DNA of 64,000 nucleotides from Marsupella aquatica (lineage: Eukaryota; Plantae; Marchantiophyta), in contig OZ316894.1 in assembly GCA_973895155.1 (NCBI GenBank), positions 19,320,805 through 19,384,804 of the forward strand. Reading direction: 5' to 3'. The position numbers and the translations under genes are program-made. Shown here piece after piece: positions 53,014 through 64,000 of this stretch (the stretch's first letter is position 1; every line of letters starts with the position of its first letter). The notes under the pieces are model-generated. The model worked only from the letters and a program-made list of their open reading frames with translations. It had not been told where the DNA came from and did not search any database.

Positions 53014-54339
53014 TCAACCTAAGGAACTATACTGAGATCTCCTGGAAAGACGCTTCAGGCTCCTCTTCCTCGAGATTCTGCACTCTGTTGAAGAGTTCTT
53101 AACAATTGGATGCCCAATTTTCGAAGTCGCCGACATCATCGAGCTATTCACTGAACACAATATACGGTCCTTCGTCAAACCAGTTCTCTTTCTTCTCCTA
53201 TTAGAAGAACACAGCCGATTCCTCAATTGCTTTACAGCTTCGCTGTCTTGTTCGATTTGATTTGCGGCAACACAGCTTTGACGTCTTTCACTCCTGGCCT
53301 TACTTGGAGGTTTTCCTTCGCTTGTTGCTGGCTTTAGGGGGAGCAATTGCAACAGCGTTAGAAGCAAGACGTGGCAAAGGAAGGCGACAAGCTCCAACTT
53401 GACCGAAGGGAATAGGGTAGTATGGTGAGACGGGGACTCCGACGGCAGGGAGTCGCTTGGTAGCGCTGCAGGCTCCATCACACCAGACTTAGAACCATTT
53501 CCTTTCAGACCTCTGTAATGAGCAAGTTCCTCTCTCAGTGCAGCATTCTGCGCCGAGGTAAAGGCTACTGTTTGGTGAAGCATACTCATCTGGCTTTCCA
53601 TGGCACGGCATTTAGATTCCAGTTCCTTAACGTATGACTTCTTCCGTTGTCGTGACTGCACGGCTGACTCCCGATTCCTCATCAGTCTGCTTTGACGTTT
53701 AGAATCTTCATCAATTTCATCGGGGGTCCTGTCACTCATTCTTTTCGACTGTTCGGCGAAATTGTCACAGCTTCTACCGAAAGCCCCGACGTCAGAGCTG
53801 TCACAACCTGCATCGGGGCTCGCTGCGCCATGGTCTGAGCAGCTGGTCACAACCGGACTATGGAGCCGAGAAGATCCGTTCCTCACCTCGTCTCCAGAAT
53901 TCGAAGATGGTCTATCCTCCTCAACCTTATTGCATGACACCGGACTGGAAACTCCTCCATCAGGGAATTCCCGACTGGACTTCGGCTCATCCAAAACACA
54001 AAGATTGCTTGCAGGCGAAGAAATCTCGCTTGACAAGCCAGGCAGGCTGACAGTCTCCTCACCGATGAAGCTATTATCCAACTCGTGAAGGTCGATCTGG
54101 TCCAAAACTGGATCCGCCGGCAGTGCTGACCACCATGTTTCTGAGTTGGGGACCTCCCCCAGTCCCGTGATGTCTCCAAAATAGCTATCTACCAGCGATC
54201 CTTCATCCTCCAATTGCACCTGTCCATCACCAACCCCTACCGCCTCTGGCTCTTGCAACAGGTGGTTCAACATGTCCTCCCACGTTGATGGGATCGGCGC
54301 AGACACATCCCACGCCGGCACAGGATTCAAGTCCTCCAT
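53014..54339 (-). CDS. bZIP60: bZIP60-like membrane-tethered UPR transcription factor (unspliced form 441 aa)
   Basis: bZIP basic region KRQSRLMRNRESAVQSRQRKKSYVKELE plus leucine zipper, acidic N-terminus, and a hydrophobic segment LVAFLCHVLLLTLLQLL after the IRE1-type motif. First ATG (MEDLNP) at 54339. Confidence 0.9.
   Translation of the reverse strand: MEDLNPVPAWDVSAPIPSTWEDMLNHLLQEPEAVGVGDGQVQLEDEGSLVDSYFGDITGLGEVPNSETWWSALPADPVLDQIDLHELDNSFIGEETVSLPGLSSEISSPASNLCVLDEPKSSREFPDGGVSSPVSCNKVEEDRPSSNSGDEVRNGSSRLHSPVVTSCSDHGAASPDAGCDSSDVGAFGRSCDNFAEQSKRMSDRTPDEIDEDSKRQSRLMRNRESAVQSRQRKKSYVKELESKCRAMESQMSMLHQTVAFTSAQNAALREELAHYRGLKGNGSKSGVMEPAALPSDSLPSESPSHHTTLFPSVKLELVAFLCHVLLLTLLQLLPLKPATSEGKPPSKARSERRQSCVAANQIEQDSEAVKQLRNRLCSSNRRRKRTGLTKDRILCSVNSSMMSATSKIGHPIVKNSSTECRISRKRSLKRLSRRSQYSSLG
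53435..53477 (-). promoter_or_regulatory. Twin stem-loop IRE1 cleavage signal; 23-nt unconventional intron 53446-53468
   Basis: mRNA: uggagc-CUG^CAGC-gcuacca and gacucc-CUG^CCGUC-ggaguc. The two cut sites are 23 nt apart. Confidence 0.88.
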
Positions 54340-56283
54340 AGCGCAGCAGCTACCGTGCAATACGCATTCTCAGGTAGACGCACAGGACCGCCTCACGCCG
54401 CGCAAACGACCACCGAACCACAACCTTGTCCTCTGAACGATCGCTTCCCACAGATCCAAGAGATCCAAAAGAAAATCACCGATCAAATCACACAAAAAGC
54501 TCTGCCGTCGCCCAAAGTGTGCCGTGGCGTGGAGTATTGCAAAGCTCCGAAAACCAAACCCTCAATCGAGAAACAATAGCAGAAATCTACACGACCGCAT
54601 CAACAAACGGCCTTCACTTATCCGATGAGACAGCACGCATAAACAAAACACAAACAAAAGCAGAGCAGTCCGACCACGCGGTTTCTGGCTTGGCGCTCGA
54701 TCAATCTACTGCAGCTTCCTTCGTAGTGACACCTTCGATTCGATTCGATTCCGTTTTGATCCAGGGCTCGGCGCAGCAGCCAACGCCAGTGGGGCAAGAG
54801 GACCCAAGTACCCAACGGAGTCCTGCGCAAGCAAGCTCGAGAGGATTGCTGCGACACGACCAACCTGGCCGGAAAGAACCTCGGTGACGGGCGATGGCGG
54901 TGGTTGCAAAGGCGAGAGGAGAGGAGGATACAAGGAGACGAGGGGAGGGGATAGCAGCAGACTTTGTTCACCGTGGAGTGGTTTCACGGTTTGGATCTAG
55001 CCTGAATGCTTAAAATGCCTAATAGATTAGGTCACCAAACCACTCCCCTAACTACAGTAAATGCAATAGATTGGGCCACCAAACCACACCACTAACTAAA
55101 TGTGCTAGCCTGATTACCCAGTAGGGGGCCTCAAAGCACAATAGGGGGCCTCAAAGCATGGTAGTAATGAGTTACAAGATGGCCCTAAAGATTTAGTTAT
55201 GGGAATGGCCATAAAAGTTGCAGGGGCCAAAATTGGCTTCCATAAGAAAGTGTTGTGACTGTTAACCAAAACCCTTAACTTTAACTCTGAGACTTTCAAT
55301 TTGCCTCATCACAACATACAATTATCACAAGATCACGTCATCCAGGGACAGAAGCTACATGCCAGACACTTTGTATTCTTAGATGTTATTGTGATCACTT
55401 GTGGAGGTAATAGCATTGGGCTTGTCCGACAGAGACAGGCCAAGAGCACTTACTCTGAGCGGGAGTACCCATAACTTGTCCCTTATGGCACATGCGAATG
55501 TATATCCCCTCACCTCCCCCACTCAACCAATGGCCCGTAAAGTCTGGTCACAAGGTGTTTTATGGGCACAAGTGGTGTATGGTAACTTTTCCTTACTGCC
55601 CTGCTTTGAGACTCCCTAATGAAACCTTTTCTTGAAAGTAAAAACTTTTGTGATTTTTCTCTTTGGATTTTATGGGGCCTTAATTGTCCACTATGCCTTC
55701 CTTCTTTTAATAGGGGATTAAGAGGTACCATAAATCCTGGAAAGTGTAAATCACTTGGGCTCCTTGGCTCTTGCCTTGGCTCGTTGGTTCCCTCCCCTTG
55801 ATTGGGTATTTGGCCTTAGGATCATGTCTCCAGTGGGTGACTTTTGTTTTTTGGCAGTTTGTTGTATAAAAGAGAGAAAATAATTTAGGATATAAAACCA
55901 AACAAGACATGGTCTTCCAGAAGAGAGATTGTATCCAGAATCCAATATATATATACCATGATGGGTGAAAAATTCCATGGTTAACTTCTTCCAAGTTTTC
56001 AACCAATTGCATGCAAAAGAAATTGCCGTATGGCCCTTTAATTTTTTCCATCCATTTCATAAGTTTACTTTTCTTGTATGTTCCTACTTATGGGAATTGT
56101 GAGAATGAGCCTCTCAAACTTGGGCTACTGCCGTCATTTGCGGGGCATTATATCTCAGAATGCCTTCTAGCAAGAACATTACCCTATTTGTAAATGGAGA
56201 TGAGGAGAACAAAATAGCTTGCAAAGAAAGTATTCATCTTTGCCCCCATCCGTATTTTTTGTCTAAGTACTCACTTTCATTCA

Positions 56284-56452
56284 TGTCCTCAGTTAGAGTC
56301 ATGGTCTAGAGGTTTACTCTAGACAATAGACCACACTGTCAGTTATGTCTGTCCTGAGTTAGAGTCATGGTCTAGAGGCTTCACTCTAGACAATAGGCCC
56401 ATGTCCTGAGTTAGAGTCATGGTCTAGAGGCTTCACTCTAGACAATAGGCCC
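56284..56452. repeat. Tandem repeat x3 (tcctgagttagagtcatggtctagaggcttcactctagacaatagg)
   Basis: Directly visible; inverted relative of the 14480-14575 family. Confidence 0.85.
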
Positions 56453-59400
56453 ACAGAGTAGCTTTTGCTTGCGCTTTATTAGTTACAGATCATGCTACCA
56501 AAGAACAAAAACCCCAAATAAGGAGACATGATCCTAGAGGCCAAGGACCCAATACAGGGGTGAACACAAGGGGAAAACCCCAGGAAACCTAAAGAGCCAA
56601 AAAGCCCAAGAGTCCCCTACTACAGTAATAAATTAAAGCCCTATCAAGCAACAAACCAAAAAGCCTGGTATAGCTCTGGAGCAAACCGCATAGCAAGCTG
56701 CATAGGAGGGTCACAAGGACAACTTGTCTAGAAGCCCTAGAACCAACAGCCTTGGCTGCTCAAGAAAAGTGAATGCCTAACTCCTCTCTAGAACAATCGA
56801 CACAGGCTGTTTAAAGAAGGCAGTGAGGACAGAATCCGCGGGGGAGGGGGGGTTAAGCTATACACAAAAAGACTGCACATGCCTACACCAAATGGTCAAA
56901 GAAAATTGATCCTAATTAGAGTACTGGAGGCACCAACATGAGGGACATCATGTACAGTGCCAGCGATAATTCTCTCCTAGCACTGTACATGTAGGTAAGA
57001 CCAGACATGAAACTTGTTTCTGGTGCTTGTGTGGATCACTGAGCATATGTCACCCTTAGTTTTGCCAAGGACTCAACACGCACACTGGAGGGCCAGGTGA
57101 ATGTATTAAAATGGAGCTCAACAAGGGCCGTAGTGAGTGTAGCAAATTCTTCAAACAAATAGGCTTCTCAGTTGAGCTCCCTGTTCTTACACTACGGCAT
57201 ACTAACTTTTGATAGTTAGGGGAAGGAGAGAATATATTCTCACTACTTAGTATGATAGTTTGGGGAAGGAGAGAATATCTACTCACTACCGGACAACTAG
57301 AAAAAAATCATGCGGATACCCTGGGTCCTTGCTTTTTGTGGGTTCAAGTCATAGTATTTAAAACAGATCAATAATCAAATGTTTTGAGTGATTAGGAAAA
57401 TGAGGCTGGAAACGCACAAGTTTTGCTTGCAAATAGCAGAATGTGAAGCAAAAGTGAAGCTCTGAAGAAAGTCTACTCTCGCCCCACAAATGTTACATCC
57501 CCACAAATGTTACACCTGTAGCAACATTACTCTTGGTTGCGATTGATAGTAAAGATATGGGTATAATGGGTGCTGGGAAAGAGCCACCCAACGACAGATG
57601 GGTGAGGAGTGGGGACAACAGGTAGCCATCGGACTGGGGGGATATGACAACAGGGGTAAAAGATATAGCAAGTTCATCATTGAACATGTTTTTTTTTGTC
57701 TTGTAGTGATGTGTAATTCAGTTAAGTAGGTACATGTAAAATATATGCACATAAAATCACATTATGACAAAGAAAGTACAAAGGTACTAAAGAGTTGAGT
57801 TATGCACATACAGTGATACAGTACAGATTTTCACTTGCTTTTAGGTTATGACATTCAACTCCATTAAAACCATAAATTTTGCAAAATAAACCATGAGGGG
57901 AACTTAGTACACCAGATGTGCACATTGTTCAAATTCATTTCTTACACTCTCATGAGGAAAAAGAGAATTCACTATGGAGTGATTGAAAAGGAAAGATTAA
58001 ACCTTGATGAGGGGAGCCAAATACATTCAAAATACTCTAAGTTCACTAGAATTAAGAAGGGTCCTAAAGTTAATTCAAAATTAAATTAATACAAATGATT
58101 TATCTTGTTAAGGCACATTAAAATCAAAATACTTGACATAAAATTTGAATGAGACAAAATATGAAAGGTGGATTCACCATATAGCATATAGCAGCCTCAA
58201 ATTGGGAATAGAAGGATACTGAGGACTCTGATTTAGTTTGGGATTTAATCTACCATTTGTATTGCCATTTAATAACCGAATGGACACCATTTCTACCTTT
58301 TCTTCACCTCCTGTTTCAATTCTCCTCGGTAAATCTAGGATCAAAATAGAAATTAAAGTGATTCTTAGCATACGGTATTGTACTGCCTATTGGTGAAGAT
58401 TCTTTAACCAGCGTTTGCTAACTTTATCAAATTGCTAAACATAAACGAGCTGGGCCAACACACTTGCTTAGTTTGAAAGCATTATTCTACTTTTCCTCAA
58501 TGACTGTGGAGTGCTTCACCTTCGTCCTCCTTTCCTCCTCGTCTCTTAGTGGAGGAAACATGTCATTTCTACGTATATACTGTTGTTCTTTTTATCTGAT
58601 TGGAAGTTCTGTCTTCCAATCACAGCTCAGGAAGGACGTCACCTCACTGAGGTAAAAATAGAGCTTTCACTCTTTCAGTGGTACACGTATTTAATTAGTG
58701 GGGAAACCCTTCCATACACGCTTCCTCCCTGGACCGTAGAAGGACGAACAGTATTGCCCATTTATTCAAGTCTATACTAGGGAGTCTCAAACTTGGGCTA
58801 TTTTCCAACTTTTTCCCGTGAGTCCTTCTAAGAAATCTATGTGAGCCACTTAGACCAAAATCTAACTTTTGGGTAACCTTAATACATAGGGTTTCAGGTT
58901 TGAGATGGGTTTCAACACATTCCCGCCAGTCAGCTGCGAGCCTACAATTTTAGAATGGTTGCTGACAATTATACAAGGGCGCAAATGATTCTTGAAGGGC
59001 ACCAACGCATATAGTGCAAAGCAACATTTGGTGCGGATGCAGTGCACTGACTGCCTGACTTACTAACAGTCACCTTGGGCGGGAACTGCATTTTCTTCTG
59101 TGACCCGGAAGCAACATTTTGGTCACGGGAACATTTCGGCCCCAAGCTTATATTTTGGAATTTTTGTTTGTTGTTGGGGTTCTTCGGCTTCACAAAAAAG
59201 GCACATCATTTGCAACAAAGCATAAAATTGTTTTTTATTGGCTCTAAAGAAAGACCTCAAGTGACTTTAATAGAGAAGATAGTGTTTTCAAAACCAATTT
59301 AGGGAAGATTCCAAGCCAATACTCTAAACACATAGAGACAAAACCAAAAATCAATTTTCAACATCACAGGTGATGGGGAGAGTCAATATAGTGAGACCCC

Positions 59401-60975
59401 TGAGTGTTTGCCCATCCCTCAAAGTATATTGAAAGGTAATATTTTGCAAATACACAGGCCTAGCCCAATCCTTGGGGGGTTAACTAAGTGTATATTTGGG
59501 GTACCACAAGCGATCATAGCCTAATATAAATAGATCTATTTTATAAAAAAATATTCTAAGAATATTCTCCATTTTTGAACCTTAGAAATATACTTAGCTT
59601 TCACTTGAAGCTCCCCTTGAAGCTTAGTACCTTACTTGACTTCATGTCACTCTGAATTTCAACCAGCTCTCAGTTCTACAAATCCCAATCCACCAATTCA
59701 GGTAGATTTTTCTGTAAATAGTTTATTCACTAAGATTGGCTTTGGACCTTAGCAATCTACTTATGTACTCAATAAATCTAGATTGTTAAATTGTATGACT
59801 TTCCTGATTTGGCAACTGGACTTCCCTGATTTTACTACCCCAGTCAGGGTTGCAACCTCTTTCCAATATAAACTTCACTATTTGAATGTTTGCTCCCTAG
59901 GCCCCCAACATTACTAATAACGGGTAGGACATGCAAAAAATCCAATTTGAGATTAATTTTATAATTGGCTTGTAAGTATCAAGGTTTGGTTTTATTCAGT
60001 GGACCCTTTATAACTAATGTTTACAAAAAAATTCATGAGTTAATATGCTTCAAGGGTTGGTGTAATATGGTGTGCGATGCGTCATGATAGAATTGGTCCA
60101 TGTGGCCACCCTTATTAATTGGAACAAGTGTATGCAGCTATATATGACATATGATAGGAGTTTTTCAAAATTAGAACTTTCATTGGGGTTTTCAATGTGC
60201 AAAGTCAAAGTTTGGGGTTATTAGGGTCCTGCACACAAAAATGTATATCCACCCAAAACCTCTCAAAACCCTCCTACCAATTTTGGAGCGGTCCCGCACA
60301 CACCCCAAACAATATCTTCCAGGAACCCTCCTCACACGATTGATTGTATTGAGCACTGTGCCCGGGCAATGTGACTTATAAGTTTGCAATACTCTCATGA
60401 AAGGTGTGCAATGAGAAAATGTATTATCTCCAAGGGGTAAATTAATTGTCAACAATTACATTTTTAAGACTATCAAGGGAAATTTTAATGTGCTCCAAAA
60501 ATAATAATGGGTACTTGGGAGTGTGGCATATGCACTTATACCCCTTTAGTTCACAAAGGCTGGGGGCCCAGGGTGTTTGCTCTCTTCCAGAACCATGGGC
60601 TAGCTTAAACCCACTCGAAGATTACAGCCAGGGTTACCATCTTGAGGGGATGGGTTCCTCTAGAGGGTTATCTTAGACCAATACTAGACTGAGTGGATGA
60701 GTAAGCTAGGTCCGACTTTAACTAAGAGCCTTTGCCATGTCATCACATGTGTGTTGTTAGAAAGCAGTAAATACTAACAATGTCAGCTACAGCAACTTTC
60801 CATGAGAAATCTACTCAACTGCAAAGTGTTAATGATGCCAACTTTATAAGTGCAAAAATGGGAGCAGACTAAGGGGCACTTTACAAGCGCTGCATCAACT
60901 TTCAATGAGAAATCTACTCAAACTACAGACTGTAAATGATGTCAACTTTATACGTGCAACTGGCTGAGAGACTAA

Positions 60976-61293
60976 GGGCCGTCTTGCATGTACAAGGTCT
61001 TTTGGTTTCCGGCCCTGAAATGAACCCGTGGCCTTTTTTTAATCAAGCGACAGTTCGGCAGTCTTGACGCCATCTTTGGTGGAGTTGCAATTTCCGGCCC
61101 TTGAGGTCCCCAACCTTCAAATCATAATAAAACAAAATGGTAGACATAACACGTCGTCTTCGACCCAGACTTCTGGACGTTTTTCCCGTGTATCTGCTCC
61201 CCACTCCTGGTAGATTTGGTTTGCACTTTTTCCGACATTTGTGGGCTAGTAAGGGCCACTTTTTTGAGGACTCTTGCACATGCAAGACAGCCC
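60976..61293. mobile_element. Tourist-like (PIF/Harbinger) MITE 1
   Basis: TIRs gggccgtcttgcatgtacaag and cttgcacatgcaagacagccc (19/21). TAA flanks at 60973-60975 and 61294-61296. Confidence 0.85.
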
Positions 61294-61296
61294 TAA

Positions 61297-61701
61297 GGGC
61301 CAATTTGCATGTACGCAGCCCTGAAGAATTTGGCCTCAAGCTGACTTATGCCAGCATATGGTAGGGCGAGAGCTCGATGCGCCTCCCGAGGCAGGCCTGA
61401 CAAAAGCGAGAGCTCCAGTGGGTTTCCAAGGTTTCGGGCCCTTGAGGTACTGATCTTTCAATTTCTAATAAAAGAAGGATAGGCACCTATCAAATGTTGT
61501 AAGGAAAATGTGGACCTGGAGCAACAACTCCCTGCATAGTGCTTTGTATAATATACAGTGTGTAATGACAAAGAGGGACCCAAAGACACTTACGAACATC
61601 ACACATACAGGGAAGCAGATTTCCAAATATGCTCAGATGCATTTTCTTGACAGGTTCATGAGGGCGGGATTCTTCAGGGCTGCATACATGTGAGTTGGCC
61701 C
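61297..61701. mobile_element. Tourist-like (PIF/Harbinger) MITE 2
   Basis: TIRs gggccaatttgcatgtacgcagccctgaagaat and attcttcagggctgcatacatgtgagttggccc (4 mismatches). TAA flanks at 61294-61296 and 61702-61704. Confidence 0.85.
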
Positions 61702-62174
61702 TAAGGGGCCCTTTACAAAGACCGATGGGACACTTGTAATACCATCTACCCATAGCAATCCACCAGACAACCAACTGAAGCCAAACCATGAGACAAAAAC
61801 ACAAAGCTAAGGAGAGATTTACATCAACATTTCACCTAAAAATAAGGAGGCAGTCTAAAAACAGACTGAGAGGACATGGTATACAAGCAAGACAAAAGCA
61901 TGGGACCGGCTCCAGTCCATCTAGGATCACTCATTTTGTAAAGTGTACCTTCAAGTACGTGTTCTCCTCTCGTTTTCTAAATTGAATTTTAGCCAAAGAC
62001 TATAAATATATGGTTGAGATTGAGAGGTGCAAAGGAAGAAATATAAGTTCCTGCTTCAATTGGTTCTCTACATTGCCCCTCCTTCAAAAATGTTGCAAGG
62101 GACTTGTAGCTGGGATCTCCTTGGCCCCTGGTTGTCTACTTTGTGGCCCTGATGTAATTCTCTCCCCTGGACCG

Positions 62175-62490
62175 GAGTCCACTATGTGTTCTTCCTCATT
62201 TCCATCATTGATGAGGTGAGGAGAGTCTAGTCCACTAAGTGCTCTTCCTCATTTCTTCCCTGCAATCAATGTATGTCACTATTGGGTTGCCTAAAATGAA
62301 TGTATATCAAGGTGATGTGAGTCTAGGCCACTATGTGTTCTTCCTCATTTCCATCACTGATGAGGTGAGGAGAGTCTAGTCCACCATGTGTTCTTCCTCA
62401 TTTCCATCACTGATGAGGCGAAGAGAGTCTAGTCCACTAAGTGCTCTTCCTCATTCCTCCCTGCAAATGAATGTATGTCACTATTGAGGT
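62175..62490. repeat. Degenerate ~50-bp tandem repeat (ccactatgtgttcttcctcatttccatcactgatgaggtgaggagagtctagt)
   Basis: About five directly visible units. Confidence 0.85.
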
Positions 62491-63338
62491 GACGAGAGGT
62501 TTTCTTCATTTCCTTTCGAGACAAAAAGAACAAGAGTAGACCATAATATAATATTTTAATTTTGTCTTCAACTTCCCCAACCGACTTTCCTGAATTTTTG
62601 GTGCTTGCCTTCTCATCGATGAAGCAAGGCTTCTACCTGGTGGAGTCGAGTTCAGCGCTGGCCCTCTTTGCTCTAGGCAATTTCAGTTCACAAAATTTGG
62701 GGAAGGAATGAAGGAAGAGTGCGAAGCTCGAGGGGAAAGCCGAGCCAGGAGGACTTTCTCAGGAGCAAACATTGACAACAATGACAATGCATGCAAAACA
62801 CTTGTATGGAGATGCGGCTGCCAGACGCACCAAAAAATTCACTTCGATGCTGTACAAAGTTCTTTATATTTCGACAGTGTGTCGTCGCATATTTACAAGG
62901 TTTGATACAGACGTATATCGTCGCACTGTCACTATGGCACAATCCTAAAGGACATAAACTGTCTGTTTGCTGGACAGCTGACAGCCTCAGATTAGACCTT
63001 CGACGGACTGAACCGTGATGGAATTTCATATGCAACCGGTGCATTCTGCAGTGAACTAGAATATGTACACGCTATGTCGTAGGATCGCATTATGATCCGA
63101 AAGAATGTTGAGCTTAACTTGCTATGTTGCATGAATGCAACCGGTGCAATGTGCAATTTAACTAAACGATGTACACATTATCGTATGATCTCATTAAGAT
63201 CTGAAAGAATGTTGAGCTTTAACTGCTATGTTGCTTGAAAGACTCAAAGGTAATAAATGGTGCAAAACTGTATGGAGACTTTGCGCGGATTTTAGGATTC
63301 TGTCTGAAGAGGACACACTTCCGCCTCGGATCCCCAAA

Positions 63339-63881
63339 TTAATCAACTGGTTCCGCAAGACGAGTTGCAATAGCTGAATGATACCACCCATCGTGCCAAG
63401 TTTCCGACGCCCTCATACTTTTCCTTAACGCTCTGGCCTTCTCTGGTGTGAAAGCCACCTTGGAGAAACTGGGTCGTTGTCTGTCGTTCGACGTCGTGGA
63501 ATCGACGAGGTTCGGTAGCGCGACAGCGGCGGTAGTTCTCGGGGGAGCCACGCCAGGGCTGCTACTGCTACTAATCCTCTCCTCTGCCGCCTCTGTCTTC
63601 GTCGATTGCTTGTTCAGAAGCTTCGACCATTGCTCGTCCGCCGAGACGTTGAAGAGAGGCGCCCACCAGAGTTCGCCCTGCTTTTCAATTCCGGTGTCGA
63701 GGAACCTCGAGACCTCCACCTTTGGTTTCGCAACGTTGCCCTCGCTCCCCCGAGTCTTGGTGGAGTGCCCGGCCTGAGAGACGACTCGTAATGTCCTGCT
63801 CATGCGTGGCTCTACGAACTTAGGGACAGTACTTGACAAGGATATGCTTCCAACGAAGGAACTCCTCAAAGAAGTCGCCAT
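63339..63881 (-). CDS. Conserved uncharacterised plant protein with chloroplast transit peptide, 180 aa
   Basis: Ser/Arg-rich N-terminus MATSLRSSFVGSISLSS and motifs LWWAPLF and FTPEKARALRKSMRASETWHDGWYHSAIATRLA, typical of a small conserved land-plant family. A ttttttttccag acceptor lies just before the ATG. Confidence 0.85.
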   Translation of the reverse strand: MATSLRSSFVGSISLSSTVPKFVEPRMSRTLRVVSQAGHSTKTRGSEGNVAKPKVEVSRFLDTGIEKQGELWWAPLFNVSADEQWSKLLNKQSTKTEAAEERISSSSSPGVAPPRTTAAVALPNLVDSTTSNDRQRPSFSKVAFTPEKARALRKSMRASETWHDGWYHSAIATRLAEPVD

Positions 63882-64000
63882 CCTGGAAAAAAAATCTCCA
63901 ACACTTTGCCCTCTCAAAAAAAAGCTCTTCCTGTTCCAATCGCCAAATGTAGGAGAAGCACTAATAGTTGCAGTCTTAAAAGCTGTGTTTGAGCAGAAGT

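Noticed and set aside
54340-54360. Non-ATG N-terminal extension of bZIP60 (MHGSCCA) in the ORF track
   Set aside because: Artefact of alternative start codons; the first ATG is at 54339. The same applies to the 63917 start (ATG at 63881).
57284-57708. Possible CACTA MITE (cactaccggacaa / ttgtcttgtagtg)
   Set aside because: TIR match is 11/13, but the 3-bp flanks (act vs atg) do not form a TSD and the left cacta is part of a local repeat.

Overview
Eukaryotic, intron-containing plant DNA; the gene style and the presence of a Replitron suggest a non-seed land plant such as a liverwort (inference). Five intact host genes are visible: a small acidic hydrophilic protein (737-1171, -), a 10-exon Zn-dependent alcohol dehydrogenase (31608-36381, +), a classical GPI-anchored arabinogalactan protein (48896-49276, +), a bZIP60-type UPR transcription factor (53014-54339, -) and a conserved plastid-targeted protein (63339-63881, -). 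The bZIP60 gene has a clear twin stem-loop and a 23-nt IRE1-type intron. The intergenic DNA is rich in transposons: a full-length but decayed PIF/Harbinger with TIRs, a TAA TSD and a possible third ORF, several MITEs with identifiable TSDs, and many tandem repeats. The most notable object is a ~5.56-kb element (21786-27350) bounded by 35-bp direct repeats. It encodes a helicase-less HUH (Rep-like) endonuclease, so it is Replitron-like, and it sits inside an LRR pseudogene whose empty target site can be reconstructed. It also carries an overlapping upstream ORF, a Rep tail with SIM/SUMO-type motifs, repeat arrays and a tRNA-like T-arm.
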